Source of the DNA: the human T2T-CHM13v2.0 reference genome, Homo sapiens
Length of the DNA stretch: 64,000 nucleotides
Assembly: GCF_009914755.1 (NCBI RefSeq)
Contig: NC_060925.1
Reading direction: 5' to 3' (one strand)
Shown one piece after another: positions 47,746 through 63,339 of the stretch (position 1 is the stretch's first letter; every line of letters starts with the position of its first letter). The translations under genes were made by a program, and so were the position numbers. The notes beneath the pieces are model-generated. The model was given only the letters and a program-made list of their open reading frames with translations, was not told the origin of the DNA and ran no database searches.

Positions 47746-49589
47746 AGCAATCCACGGAATGAAGACTAAGGCAGATGTCAGCAGACTCATTTCCCAAGGA
47801 CTCCCCATTTCACCCTAAAGTAACTGGCATTTCTCAGCCTATGACATAAGCAGTAGTGTTAGTTGTAATATCTGAGCATCACAGCGCACATACAGGAAAA
47901 ATATGGGGCCCCTCTCCTAGCTCCCTTTATGATTCCCAATGCTGGAATGATCCTGGGGAGGTACTTCAGAAATGTTTCTCCTAATAGCAGGACTCACAGC
48001 CAATCCTAGGAGTTCAGACAGTGAGGGGTGAAGCATTTTGTTGGTCTGTAAACAGGTGACTATTTATTCAACATTCTATGCCCTTGCCAGAAACACACCA
48101 GCTACTCCTTCCTGGGATTGTTCTACACTGAGGCTGTTGGAGGAGGAGGAGAAAATGGCCTCCAATTCTGGACAATGTGCAGAGAACCTAGAGAGTGTTG
48201 CTTCCACTCCTGGTGGTTCTCTCTCTGGCCTCGGCTGACTCTGGACCTGCAGTGAAGCTGAGGGGGTGTCTGTCTAAGGCAAGTGGTGATTTGGATTCCA
48301 CCTAGAATGGCTTTTGACACTGCAAAAATAATTCTTAAGTACAGCTCACATTGTCTGGCTCCTGTCCATAGAATAGCTAGTGTACTCTTGCATAGAGGAT
48401 TGTAGAATCACAAAATACATGGCATCTTACAGCTCAATGATGCCATGAGAACATGGCCAGATCCTCTGGGCCCTTCATCACTGTCTCCCTTTGAGAGAAA
48501 AACCCAGCTGGGGTGGCAGGGCCATAATTCAGAGAAAAGTTTTAGAGTCTTTCCCTTTCAAGGATTATTATCAAGGGCTAAAGAATAGACAAGTTTCTCC
48601 TCTGAGCAGGTGGGAGTGAGGTTTCTGTTTGCCCTCAACAACATCACGTTCTTTTAGGAACTGTATATTTAAATCAGTATCCAGTAGGTCTCTCCTTCTC
48701 CAATTTATAAAATATCAGATACTAATTAGAATCACTGTGAGATAAAGAGTAACGACAACTATGTTAAGTCTTTAATAAATGCCTGACTTAAAGTAGGAAC
48801 TCAATCAAAATGTGATTACCACCCCCTTTCAAACCTCCTTTATCTCAGAAAATCAGTTTACTCTCAACCATGGCCATAGGAAGCTCTAAGTTTTATCAGT
48901 AACAGTGATCAGTGTTTTAACGTTCCCTGGCCATACCACACGGGGAACATGCCCTACACTGCAGATGGAAAGCAACAGAGACTAGACTTTTGTGAAGGAA
49001 ATTTGGCCTCACAATGTAGCTGTCATGCCAGTGCACTACAGGTTGACTGTTCTAGAAATTTTGGTTCAAAAACCAAAGAGGAAGTGGTGATAAACAGTTG
49101 CCCCTGTGAAAGGACAGTGACTTCAAGTGGGAAAGAGAAGGGCTTCGATCTCCCTCAGGAAAGACAGTTGTGGCAAAAAGTAAAGCTGGTGCTCTCCAGA
49201 AGCATCATTCCAGAGGCCACACCTCACTGCAGGCAGTGGCAGGGATTGCAGGTAAGGGAAGCATGGGCTTGCCCTTCTGCCATCTCTTGGGGCAGTGCTG
49301 AGGTTGAAACAAGTGCCTCTGGGCAACTGAATCAAGGATGCACATAAAAGTCCCATTGGCCCCTTGGAATAGGTGATGTACATATCAAGGGCAGCTCATC
49401 TATTTACAAATTCTTAGATAGAAGTGTAATATGTGTAAGGTCTTGTCCCATGTTCAGAGGCCAGAACTCTGCTGGGTGCACAGAGCAGAAAAAGTGGAAT
49501 GAGAAAAACCCTGGCTCCAGAAGCCTAGCAAAAGAGGTGCTGAGAAGGAGTGAGCACCCTTTGTACGCAGCCCCTGACTTCTCAGGCTG

Positions 49590-49815
49590 CAGAGTGAAAT
49601 GCTCACAACCTGAGCTTTGAGTCAGGTAGACTCAAAGTGTACGTTACCCCAAGCTGCTTTGTCTTCAGTAAGTTCCTTAACTTTGCTGAGCCTCAGTGTC
49701 CTCCACTATAAAAGCAGAACACCACTACCTATTTGAGGGGATCACTGTGTCAATTAAATGAGGAAATATATGTATAGTGGTCAATATTGTGAGCATAATA
49801 GGTGCTCAATCAATG
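49590..49815. mobile_element. MIR fragment
   Basis: GCTGAGCCTCAGTGTCCTCCACTATAAAA..TTAAATGAG..TAGGTGCTCAAT. Confidence 0.65.
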
Positions 49816-49880
49816 AGAAGTTCCTGTCTTTCCTTGGCTGCTATAATCTTAGAGGAAACTTTTTGCCGCTTTGCTCCTCA

Positions 49881-50230
<350 letters not shown>

Positions 50231-51511
50231 AAACCATTATGGCTCACTCATTACTTAAAATTGCCAATTTAGAAAAAAACACCAGATACAGCCAGGGACT
50301 AAAAATAATTTCTTGGTATTGTCCACATTAGGATATGATTCATACTGGCCTAAAACTTCAAACACTTTTCTCAAGAGGAAAATTAAAGAGAAAACTGAGC
50401 AGGAGAAAAATGAAAGTCTGGTTTCAAACTTAATCTCCTCTTCCCGTCTCTATCAAGGCTATCCCAAGGACCCTCTCAGGGAAATTCTCAGGAGGGACAT
50501 GCTGGTTGGTGATGGACTCAGCTTGAACCTCACAGCATGGCCCCATTCACTGATAGTTTAGAGGGTGTTACAGCAAACTTATTAGGATGATGGATGGGAT
50601 CTGTAAATGCATAAATGATAAAGATGATTTAGTGATGAACAAAAAATAGGAACTGTGGCTGTTTACCCCAGGGATTCCAGGATTAGGTGCACAATGTTAG
50701 CAACACTCATGTCCCTAGTTTGAAAGATGACATAACTGTGTGCAGTGAAGAGGAACTATTTGCCCCCTTTCTCCCCTTCCCAACCCATGCCCCCCAAGAC
50801 CAACACCATGTATGTGCCAGAGGGGATCTAGTGACTGATGACATGTGAGACTGGGAATGGAGAAAAGCTACCTGAAAGCCTTGGGGCTTATGCTCAGCAC
50901 TGAGTCCTGGAGCTGTGCCCGACCAGGTACATCACGGTGGATCTACAGGGCCCAGCTGCAAAGATGCCACCTCTTGGCCTAGACAATGCATGAGCCCCAA
51001 AAACTGGAGCCATGTGGCTACTCACTGACTGCAGTCACTGAAGGATGCACTTCCTCCTTGTCAAGCTGTGGAGACGTGCTGCTCAGGGAGTGATGTGGGG
51101 TAGACCGGGTGTGGTTGCTGCACCAGATCTGGGGCTGAGTCTGGGACTGGGCATCCCACTTGGTCTCTAGGACTTCTGTCACTTTACTCATATTATGCAT
51201 CTTCCTCAAGACACTAGTGGGGTAAGAAAGAAGAAAAAATAAAGGTCACCTAATGCCACAGCTGTACTAATCTGGAGGCTCACAGGAGATGTAAAGGGGA
51301 GGTCAAGAGGATCATTCCTTCAGAGGAGAAGCCAAACAAATCATTTCTGTTTCAGGATAGAGTATGGAGGGAAGGCGGGGACAGAGAGAGCAACAGTTGT
51401 ACGGTGCATTGGCTACAAACATCCTAAGGAAAAACGAAGCCGTAATGGGCCCCTTAAATAACACTCATGATTCCTTCACAAAACACCCAGAGACCCATAA
51501 GAGTTCAACTC

Positions 51512-51830
51512 CAGGTATGGGCATGGCGGTACATGCCTGTAATCCCAGCAATTTGGGAGGCCAAGGCAGGAGAATTGCTTGAGTCCAGGAATTCAAGACC
51601 AAACTGAGAAACATAGTGAGACCCTCTGTCTACAAAAAATAAAAATAAAAAATGAGCTGGGTGTGGTGGTGTGCACCTGTAGTCCCAACTATTTAGGAGG
51701 CTGAGGAGGATCACTTGAGCCCAGGAGGTCAAGGATGCAGTGAGCAGTGATCGTGCCACTGCATTCCAGCCTGGGCAACAGAGCAAGACCTCATCTCAAA
51801 AATAAAATTTTAAAAATGTTAAAAAAAAAA
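51512..51830 (+). mobile_element. AluJ element
   Basis: J-type diagnostics (TTGAGCCCAGGAGGTCAAGG). Confidence 0.88.
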
Positions 51831-53969
51831 GAATTCAACTCATTCTGTGAACATAATTTTTAAAATAGTATTTGCTATAGGCCATTTAAAACAGATTCCC
51901 CAGGCAATGTAGCCTCACTGGTGTCTTGCAGTTTCTAGATCTCCTTCCCTAAGTATAGAGACACAGTATAAACTTTTGTTTGCAAGGAAAATTTGTAGCT
52001 GTTTTACATCTTCCAGCACTCCTTGGGTCACCCTTGAAGAAATCAGATATAATCTTACTCTGGTCTTTAAATAAGGGAAACCAGAGGTGATCCCTGGAGG
52101 TTCAGAAGACTCCTAAGACCCGGATAGGTTAGAGCAGCTCTATGTTACTAAATTGGTGAATTAATTGGTGAAAATAAAAGAATAATATATTTTTTAAAAA
52201 ATTTTAAAAATGAGACTGCCTTATCACTAAGGATACATAATGGTTTAATGGATAAATAAGCTATTTGTTTTTTACTGGCCATGTATGCTCCTGTTTCTTT
52301 GAGCTTCTGGCTCTTGCTTCTGGATCCTTCACCAGATTACATCTTCGACAGCCCCTGAAAATTTGGAGTTACCTGAGAGTCGAAGACACCTGTCCTACTT
52401 GATTCTTCTTACTTGTACAGTCATCTGAGAACAAAATTCAAAAAGGCCAGTCATGCTTTAAGCAGGTCTCATTTCCCAGACTGCAAACAAACATGGAGGT
52501 CTATCTGGGACCAGAGACTTGACTACCTGATGCTTGCCTTGATTCCAGGATACTCTGAATTTTCTCAGATCTTGGGTTGAGTCTTTAGAGAGCTTGCCTG
52601 GCAGGCTTTCCTGAGCCCACCATGAAGGTCATCATCTCCACTTGCTTTGCCCTGAGTCACAGCAAAAAGCTAAAAATGTCTTTATTCCCACATATCATGG
52701 AACACATATCCACTCCAGCCAAAGCCTCCAAGTCCTGGCACAAGGCCAGCACCCAAACCCATGGCTGTGTGTTCCACCATAGCTTTCATGCAGAACTTCC
52801 TCCCTTCTCCAAGGAGATGATAGACATCCGTGTCCCACCTACCATCAGGAGACAGCACAGTGAACTCAAGCCTTCTGCTACTATGGGCCCTTGGGTTCTC
52901 AAGGGGGAATTTCATGTAAAATGCTCCTGAAACAGCTAATTATCTCACCACCGTGTACTAGTACACACAGTGCCTGAACCATGCCAAAGTCAGCATGATT
53001 CTTTATCATTTTTTTGAAGTGTGCCGATTAATGTTACTTATTTAATCCCTAGAACAATCATGCAACATTCAAGGGCTGGAATTATTTGACTTAATTTTTT
53101 AGGTAGAGAAACAGAAATCAAAATAAATATTAACCTGTCCAGAGCTGGTAAGGAACACATATAAGCTAGAGGTAGGGTTTTTGGATTCCCAGTTCAGGGC
53201 CCTTCACAAAAACCAGCTGCCCCTGCTCCTTCTGTCTTTCTGCCAATTAGTTTCAGATGAATACCATCATCTCTGGGGATGCCTCCTGCCCTAACAGTCA
53301 TATTCTATGAGGGATGGAGGTGCTGGTGATCATCATGGCATCCTCAACCCTTCTTCTTGGAGCTCCTCTCCAGCCAGTCCTGACTCTGTCATGGTCTTAA
53401 GGTGGTGATTACAAAGCAGGACACCAGGTTGAAAAGTGACATGTGAATGGGGGTGGGATCCTGTGAACTTAGGACCTTGGGAGAGACTGAAAATCTTCCT
53501 AAGCTCTGCGGCCAACTTACCTGTGCTGAATTTTCTGGCAAGGCTCTCTGCCAGCTGGCTTCCTTTGGCCAGCTGCTCGCAGTAGTGCTGCTCCATATAG
53601 TGGTCAATGTTATTGCTCTGGAGTAGCTCCTCAAAGGTCTTTAGTGTGTTCTTGACATGCTGGATGAGAAGAGCAGAGGCCACTCTCCCAAGCTTCATCT
53701 TCTGCCGTAGGTGGGTTAACTCTTGAGCCTGATCCTGAATCAAGGAATGATACTTCCTAAAGTAGAAAAAAAGAAGTAAAGGTAGATAGGAATAACTGAT
53801 AGGTTATAGCAATTTAGGAGAAGGAACTTGAGAGTATCACCAAAGGAGGCCACACACTGAATTCTAGCATATGTTTAGTGTCCTGAATATGGTAAAAGGA
53901 ATGAAGGAAATGAAAACAATCTTTATGTGAAAAATCCCTTCTAAGATTGTCATTTTCCCTGCCACTTGC

Positions 53970-56900
53970 TAAAGAAGAAAAATCACTTGATCATATTAAT
54001 AGATGAAGAAAAAGCATTTGACAAAATTCAACACTCATTCATCATAAAAACTCTCAACAAAGTGGGAATAGAGGAGACCTTCCTCAACTTGATAAAGAAC
54101 ATCTATAAAAACTCTACACTAATGTCATACTAGAAACTAGAAGCTTTCTCACTAACATCAACAATAAGGCAAGAATTTCCCCACTTACCACTTCTTTTCA
54201 CCATCATACTGGAAATCCTAGCTAATGCAGTAAGATAAGCAAAGGAAATAAATGGTATACAGATTAGAAAAGATGAACTAAAACTGTCTTTGTTCACACG
54301 TGATGCAGTTATTGTATTATAGAAAATCTCCAACATGGTGAAACCCCGTCTTTACAAAAAATACAAAAATTAGCCGGGCGTGGTGGCATGCGCTTGTAAT
54401 CCAGCTACTTGGGAGGCTGAGGAAGGAGAATTGCTTGAATCCGGGAAGCAAAGGTTGCAGTGAGATGACATCGTGCCACTCTGCACTCCACCCTGAGTGA
54501 CAAAGTGAGACACTGACTCAAAAAAAAAAAAAAAAAAAGGCCGGGCGCGGTGGCTCATGCCCGTAACTCCAGCACTTAGGGAGGTCGAGGTGGGCGGATC
54601 ATGAGGTCAGGAGATCGAGACCATCCTGGCTAACACAGCGAAACCCCGTCTCTACTAAAAAAACAAAATAGTAGCCAGGCTACTCAGGAGGCTGAGGCAG
54701 GAGAATGGCTTGAACCCAGGAGGCGAAGCTTGCAGTGAGCCGAGATTGAGCCACTACACTCCAACCTGGGCGACACAGTGAGACTCCATCTCAAAAACAA
54801 AAAGAAAAGAAAAGAAAATCTGAAAGAATTGACAACAAAAATCTCCTGGAACTAGTAAGTGATTATGTCAAGGTAAAATCTAACAAAACATGTACAAGAT
54901 CTGTATGAGGAAAACTGCAAAACTCTGTTGAGAGAGATCAAAGAAGCACTAAATACACAGAGAGATATTCTGTGTTCATGGACAGGAAGACTAAATATTG
55001 TCAAGATGTCAGTTCTTCCCAACTTGATCTAAAGATTCAATGCAATACCAATCAAAATCTCAGCAAATAAATTTTGTGAATATCAACTAATAGATGCTAA
55101 GGTGTACATAGAGAGGCAAAAGACCCAGAATGGCCAACACAATATTGAAAAGGAACGGAGGGCTGATATGACCTGACTTCAAGACTTACTGTAAAGCTAC
55201 AGTAATCAGGACAGTATAAGATTTGTGAAAGAATAGACAAATAAGTCAGCGGAACAGAATAGAGATTCCAGAAGACTCCAAAATATAGCAGATTGATCTT
55301 TGACAAAGGGACAAGGGCAATACAATGGAGAAAAGATAGTATTTTCAAAAAATGGTGCTGGAACAGCGGGACATCCACATGCAAAAAAAGTGAATCTAGA
55401 CACAGACTTCACATTCTTCATGAAAACTTACACAAAATGGATCATAGGCCTAAATGTAAAACATAAAATGATTAAAAAAAAAAACCCTAAAAGATAACAA
55501 CAGCTGAAAATCTAGATGACCTTGGGATTGGTGATGACTTTTTATTTATTTTATTTATTGATCTAAAGATTCAATGCAATACCAATTTTAATTTAGAGAC
55601 AGAGTCTCTAAATAAATTAATTATTTTATTTATTTGTTGGAGGGCATGATCATGGCTCACTGAAGCATTCCTTGGGCATGATCATGGTGTGATTATGGCT
55701 CACTGCAGCCAAACTCTTGGGCTCAAGTGATCCTCTTGCCTCAGCCTTCCAAAGTGCTGGGATTGCAGGTGTGAGCCACCGAGCCCAGCTATATGATAAC
55801 TTTTCAGATATAACACAAAAGGCATGATCCACAAAAGAAATAATTGATAATCTGGACTTCATTAAAATTAAAAACTTCTGCTCTGCAAAAGGCACATCAA
55901 GAGAATGAGAAGACAACACACTGGGTGAAAATATTTGCAAAAGACATATCTGGTAAAGGACTATTAAGCCAAATACACAAAGAACTCTTAAACTCAACAA
56001 TAAGAAAATGAACCACACAATAAAAAATGGGCAAAAAACCCTGAACAGACACCTCACCAAAGATGATGGCAAATAAGAATATGAAAAGATGCTCAACATC
56101 ATATGTCATTAGGGAATTGCAAATTAAAACAACAAGATACCACTCTACACCTATTAGAATGGCAAAATCCAGAACACTGATAACACCAAATGCTGGTAAG
56201 GATGTGGAACAACAGATATTCTCATTCCTTGCCGGTGGGAATGCAAAATAGTACAGCCACTTTGGAAGACAGTTTGGCATTTTCTTGTGAAACTAAACAT
56301 ACTCTTACCAAATGACCTAACCATCTGCTCCTCAGTATTTTCCCAAGCGAGCTGAAAACTTAAGTTCACACAAAAACCTGCACATGATGTTTATAGCAGC
56401 TCTATTCATAACTGCAAAAACTTGGAAGCAACCAAGATGTCCTTCAGTAGGTGAATGGATAAATTTTGGTACATGCAGTCAATGGAATATTATTTGGTAC
56501 TAAAAAGAAATGAGTTATGAAGCCATGAAAAGACATGAAAGAACCTTAAGTGTGTAAGTGAAAGAAGCCAACCTAAAAAAGCTACATACTGTATGACTCT
56601 GACTATATGACACTATGGATAGGTAAAACAGTGGAGACAGTAAAAAGATCAGTGGTTGCCAGGTGTTAGGAGGGAAAGGAGAATGAATAGGCAGAGCACA
56701 GAGAATTTTTAGGGCAGGGAATAGTCATTCTTTATTACAATGGTGGATGCATGCCATTATACATTTATACTTGTGTCAAAATCTATAGAATATACACCAC
56801 CAAGAATGAACCCCACTGTAAACTGTGGACTTTGGGTGATGATGAGTCAATGTAGGTTCATCAGTTGTACCAAATGTTATCACTCGGGGGCAAGATGTTG

Positions 56901-57015
56901 ATAGTGAGGGAGGCTGTGTCCGTGCAGGGGTAGGGGGCATATGGGAACTCTCTGTTACTTTCCACTCAATTTTGCTGTGAACTTAAAGCTGCTCTTAAAA
57001 AGTCCATTAAAAAAA
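53970..57015 (+). mobile_element. Old L1M (MB/MC-like) ORF2 and 3' UTR with nested Alus (~54330-54820, ~55620-55790)
   Basis: IDEEKAFDKIQHSF, RELQIKTTRYHSTPIRMAK and L1M 3' UTR motifs ending in an A-tail. Confidence 0.88.
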
Positions 57016-57181
57016 AGAATGATCACAGAAGTATAATTTTTAAAAATATATTTGATGAAGTGGGTGTAGTGTAGCCTTTGTGAATCGAGAGCACAGGATT
57101 CTAATGTTATCTCTGCCAGAGGCTATTATGCAACTTTGATCAAATGACTATCTCTTAGGGCCTAAGTGTTCTCAGTTCTAA

Positions 57182-57703
<522 letters not shown>

Positions 57704-60700
57704 TAGTATTTCAGTAACTGGCGCTCACAGGCAAATGCGTAATGGATTAACCCCATATTATTTAAATGCTTCCAAAAAGCTATAGGAAAATGGCCATTAA
57801 AAACAAACTGACAAATTTAGCCAACAAGCCACTATTTGACAATTCTGCAAGCTTATTTTTAAAATTCAGCTTATCAAAACTGCCATTCCAGAAGCCAGGG
57901 ACCTGAGTTTCCATAGAGGATGGAGTAGAATGGAGGGGCCTCTGTATAAATCTACCTCCTCGGGAACTGGGACAGTTCAGCATTCACCAGAGTAACATAT
58001 GAAGAAACAGGAGATTCCTACATGCTCCTGGGGATCCAGAAGAGAGACCACTCACATGACTGGAAGATTTCCAGCTCAGGTAACCACAAAGGCCATATAT
58101 TTGGTGAATACATGCAATGTTAGTTAGAATAAAACCAAATTTCTCTGAATAATATAAAGTCATTACTAATAAAACTTTTATAGATTTTTCTCTGAAGAAA
58201 TTTCCAGGAAGGTATTAAGAGAAAGCCCTACAATTAAGGTATGGAGGCTGGCTGCAGGCCCTGAAAGCTACTCTGACGAGCAATGACTTAATGCTGATAG
58301 TGGGAAGTCTCTTGCCCACTGCAGGATACAGAGAATTCTTCCTCAACCCGAGGCTTCTGCTCATTCACTCCCTTCTCAGCAGGTCCCTTCTTCTCTGAGG
58401 GCTGATGCATCCCAGCCTTCTGCTGGGACATTTTCTCATGAAGAGCTCTCTTACAGCCGTCTTTGAAAGGAAGGACAGAGAAGAAAGATGTCTATGTCTT
58501 CACAATGGCCAGGCTTTTCTCCAAAACTACCTAAAGCAATTGAAACAAAATTATGGCTTACAGAGGTTAGATTATTAGTGGAGATCCTGTAGGACGATAG
58601 AATCTCAAGAGCAGAGCCTACCAGGAAGTAGAGTGAAGCCTACAACTTCCTCAGCCATGAGGACCCAACAATCCACTGGGTAAAAGAAAGATGCAGCAAG
58701 TGCTGGGGTGGGGTCGGGGTGGGTGCTGTTATGAGAAGGAAGGGGAGGTCCCACAGGTGTTTAGAAGAAAAAACAGGCAATAAATGAATGAAAACAAATG
58801 GGGTTTAAACTAAGCTAAGGGATGAGTATTTTTGTTTCTTATAGCTGAGATAAAGTTCTTATGAAGTTCCCAGGGAATGTCCCTTCAGAGGTCAGGAAGC
58901 ATTTTGCTTCCACAAGTTTTGAGAGTCATGAAGGCAGGAACACATTTTCAGATGCCAGAGCTCAAATCCCATGTCACTGGGACATCAACAATAGTGCTAT
59001 GGGGAAGACTCAGGGTGCCAGCTCTTGAGTCACAATCACAGAATTAGAATGTGGAAGTAGCTACAGAACCCAAGGAAGCCCTGACTTCTGATAGCCACAC
59101 TCAATGCAAGGCTGCGTATTTCACCCTGGAGGTCTCTATAACAGGGGAGGCCACCCCCTCAATAGCCAGCTTTTTTACCCTTTTGCTTATGTTGTCAACC
59201 AATTTCTAACCACAGCAAAATAACCTAAGTATACCTCTCCTTGAAAACATCAAAACATTTTCTCAGCAGCTTTTATTTTCTTGAAGACAATTTCAGTAAA
59301 AACAATTCTTGTGGCTTTTCCTAAATGAATTTTTTTTTAACTTCTAGTGATTCTTACTCTTCGTTTTTAGGAACTCTCCAGGTTTTCACTTCCTACATTC
59401 TTTCAAGAATATAGTGACTAAAACTGGAGAATAATCATTTAAGTCTGACTAATAAATTTAGCCTCATGTTGTATTACCTTTTAATACATAATAAATAATA
59501 TATCCCAATGCGATACTTGCTTCCTTTCCCTTGCAGTAGCAACGTGTAGGGATTTCATTTAATATGAGGTTGATTTTAGCCTTCCAAACTCCCATTCCAC
59601 CCACCTTTGCTTGCACTCATGGGAAGGCTCAGTCTATATCTGGTTTGCCCACATTCCTAGGCTATAGACCTCTAGGACTCCCAATTTGAGAGGCGCCATT
59701 TTTTTGGAGGGTAGTGAATTTTGATTTCTGTCTCCTTTGCATCCTTCCCAATGAAAACTGCTTTCAGCCACTCTCTGCTAGCCTCTCACCAGCACAGAGC
59801 TGAATTCACAAATGCCTTGAGGGGAAAACCTTTACCAAGTGTTCAGTTCACATCTCAATTCATTCTAGAATCTTGGCTTTTCAAGTCAAAATACCTGGAC
59901 AGCTCCACACGTCTACCCACTCCCCACCCCCATGAGGTTACTTAAAGTGCTGCTGTTTTCTCTGGTTTTTAACCACTGCCCTCTCCCCAGCTTCTCAGCC
60001 TCTTGTCCCTTGCCAAGAACTAGCAAATACCCTGAGGGGGAAAAATTGTTTCATTCCAATGATCTTCTTTCTCTCTCTCTCTCTCCACCCGCTTTCTGTA
60101 GCTGGCCCTGTGGGTCCTAGCTTTTCAAAGACTTCAAACAGAATTCCTTTAAACCAGATTTTATCTACTTCTTTTCGAAGGGAGTGCTGGTTTGCCACAA
60201 AACTCCATCGTAACTGAAAGAGGAAATCTTCTACAAATTCCAGGTAAATCAAATTTTCCTACCTTGATTTCTGAAGAAAACAAAAAAAAGAGAAGAGGCC
60301 ATTGGTAGTATATACTTGCATTTTTCTTGTAATACTTGCGTAAGTCTGAATGGGTATTAAAGGCTCTTGCTAGAATCATGTGCCAAAGATTGTCTACCAT
60401 GACCTAAACAATCAGGCCTGTCCAAGGTCCAAGAATTTGATCAGGTTGGATCCAGTCCTCTGGTGCACTAACAGAGATCCTGTTGGAGGATAGAATCCTG
60501 CTGTAGGATTCTACATCTGTACTTTGAGTAGACACTTCAAGTAACCAGTTTTTCAGACACCTGGCCACTAATATGGGGAGAAGAGGTCAAAAAAACCATT
60601 GAATATTTCTAATTTATTTTAGGGAATGTTAAAATTTCTCACTGGTACAGTTAGAAATGAAAACAAAGACATAATAATAATAGTAATAATAATAATAACT

Positions 60701-60776
60701 GTTTCAAGAGCATTATTATGTGACTGGCATTGTTTCTAAGTGCTTTACTGTGTAGTAACCTATTTAGTCCACATAA

Positions 60777-61130
<354 letters not shown>

Positions 61131-61466
61131 ATAGTGTTGATTATTACAACCCCTTGTTGCAGATGAGAACATTGCACTGAAAGGCTGAGCTTACCTTTCC
61201 AAGGTCCCATCATCTCTATGAGAGTGAGAGCCAGGACTCATCCAGACCCTTGCTCTGAGCCATTAGGCTTGGTGGTAACTAAGAAGATCTCACTAAGATG
61301 CGCATTCCCTCCTTCTTGCTCAATCTCCAAGATTTCGAGGACAAAATGGAAATTAAAAGTAAGGCCTACAAGATGGCTATTATTTTAAAAAGAAGGAAAG
61401 AAAATTATCAGTGTTGGTGATGATGTGGAAAAATTGAAACCCCTGTGCACTGTTGTTTGGAATCTA

Positions 61467-61546
61467 TTAGGTTGGTGCAAAAGTAACTGCGGTTTTTGTC
61501 ATTATGTTTAATGGCAAAAATCGCAATTACTTTTGCACCAACCTAA
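61467..61546. mobile_element. MADE1 (Hsmar1-derived MITE) inside an L1M 3' end (~61370-62020)
   Basis: 80 bp, terminal inverted repeats TTAGGTTGGTGCAAAAGTAA..TTACTTTTGCACCAACCTAA, TA duplication on both sides. Confidence 0.95.
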
Positions 61547-62731
61547 TAAAATGGTACAGCCACTGTGGAAACCCATATGGTGGTTCCTCAAAATATTAAA
61601 AATAATTATCACATGATCCAACAAATTTACTTCTGGATATATACTCAAAAGAACTGAAAGCAAGGATTCAAAGAGATATTTGTGCACCTACATCAATAGC
61701 AGTATTACAATAGCTAAAGAAGGGAAACAACCCAAGTGTCCAACAACAGGTAAATGAATAAACAAAATGTGGCAAATACATGCAATGGAATATTATTCAG
61801 CCTTAAAAAAGAAAAGAAATTCTGACACATGCTACAACATAGATGAACATGAGGACATTATGCAAAGTGAAATAAACCAGTCACAAAAGGAAAAAATACT
61901 ATATAATTCTGCTTATATGAAATACCTAGAGTAGTCAAAGTCATAGAGACAGGAAATAATGGTGGTTGTGCCAGGGGCTAGGGAGGGAAGAATGGGAAAT
62001 TAATGGGTATAGGGTTTAGGAACTTTAGTCTAAGAAAGGAGAATATTGGATGCCAGAAATTCAGTTTTCTTTCTGTTCCAAGATCCCTTTAGCTAGAGCG
62101 ACATATTGAAGTCAGAGTTCCTAAGGGAAAATCATTGTGTATGGAGATCATCCTTGTGGATCAAATGTGAATCAATAGTAGATCAAAAGATATTCCACTT
62201 TTGCAGATATTGACATTTGTTGGACCCGTAAGATTTTATCTAGTATTAGATAGATAAGATGTGAACCACTTCTCAACGCTGCAGACTCAAATACTAGGAA
62301 ATACTAAGAACCTCAGGACAAACAAATAGCCAGTCCAAAAAGACTCACAGACTAGATAAGCTGTCATCTACCACCTAACAGATAATGTATCCCTGTTAAC
62401 CACTATCCCCAGATGTTCATTTCATAAAGTCAAAAACAGAATTCCATGTGGATCATGGAAAAAAATGGTTGACAATGTACAAATGAGAGAGAGAAAAAAT
62501 ACTTGTCTAAGAATTACATTTAGTGTCTAAAAGCCAAATAGCTCAATTTCTGCTCATGAGATTCAACAGATGAACTGAGGGAACATATGCCAATAGCTCT
62601 GAGATTACAGGTCCGCATGGGATGCCCATAAGGTGCAGGATTCTATTAGCTAAGATTATGTCTCAGGTGGGCAAATCTCTGTGGACATAGCAAGAAAAAA
62701 GAAAAACTGTCAAGGAATAATATAGAGACAG

Positions 62732-63121
62732 TGTGATGGTTAATTTTATGTGTTAACTTGGCTAGACCACAGTGCCCAGGTATGTGGTCAAATATAATTC
62801 TGGAGGTTTCTGAGAAAGGGTATTTTGGATGAGAGTAACATTTGCATTAGTAGACTTTGAGTAGAGCAGGTTGCCCCATGTCATGTGGGTGGACCTCATC
62901 CAATCAGTTGAAGGCCTGAATGGAATGAGATTGACCTTCCTGGAAGAAGAGGAAATTCTACCAACAGAATATCTTAGGACTCAAATAACAACTCTTCCCT
63001 GGGTCTCCAGTCTGCCTGCCTTGAACTTTCACAATCATGTGAGCTAATTCCTTAAAATAAATCAATAAAAATAGATGATAGATGGATGATTCTGTTTCTC
63101 TGGAGAACCTTGACTAATACA
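62732..63121. mobile_element. MLT2 (ERVL) solo LTR
   Basis: TGTGATGGTTAATTTTATGTG...CTGGAGAACCTTGACTAATACA. Confidence 0.88.
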
Positions 63122-63339
63122 GATAGCATACTAATTCACCCTTGCCATTTATAGAGGAAAGAGTGGAGTAATAAATATCAGAATATCTTCTCCAGACCTG
63201 GTCACCACAGAAACAAATTATAGCTATACAAAATATCTTGGAAGTTTAGCTGAAGAGATGAGGAGATACTCTACTGCTCAATGTGCGCCATGTCATCTGT
63301 TGTACCTCCCCTTAGTTAAGTCAGGAGGGCAACACTCCC

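Noticed and set aside
60160-60290. Strong minus-strand acceptor as a candidate upstream exon of the PDE4DIP-like relic
   Set aside because: No recognisable peptide similarity; the nearest donor gives only an 8-nt exon in an incompatible or unclear phase
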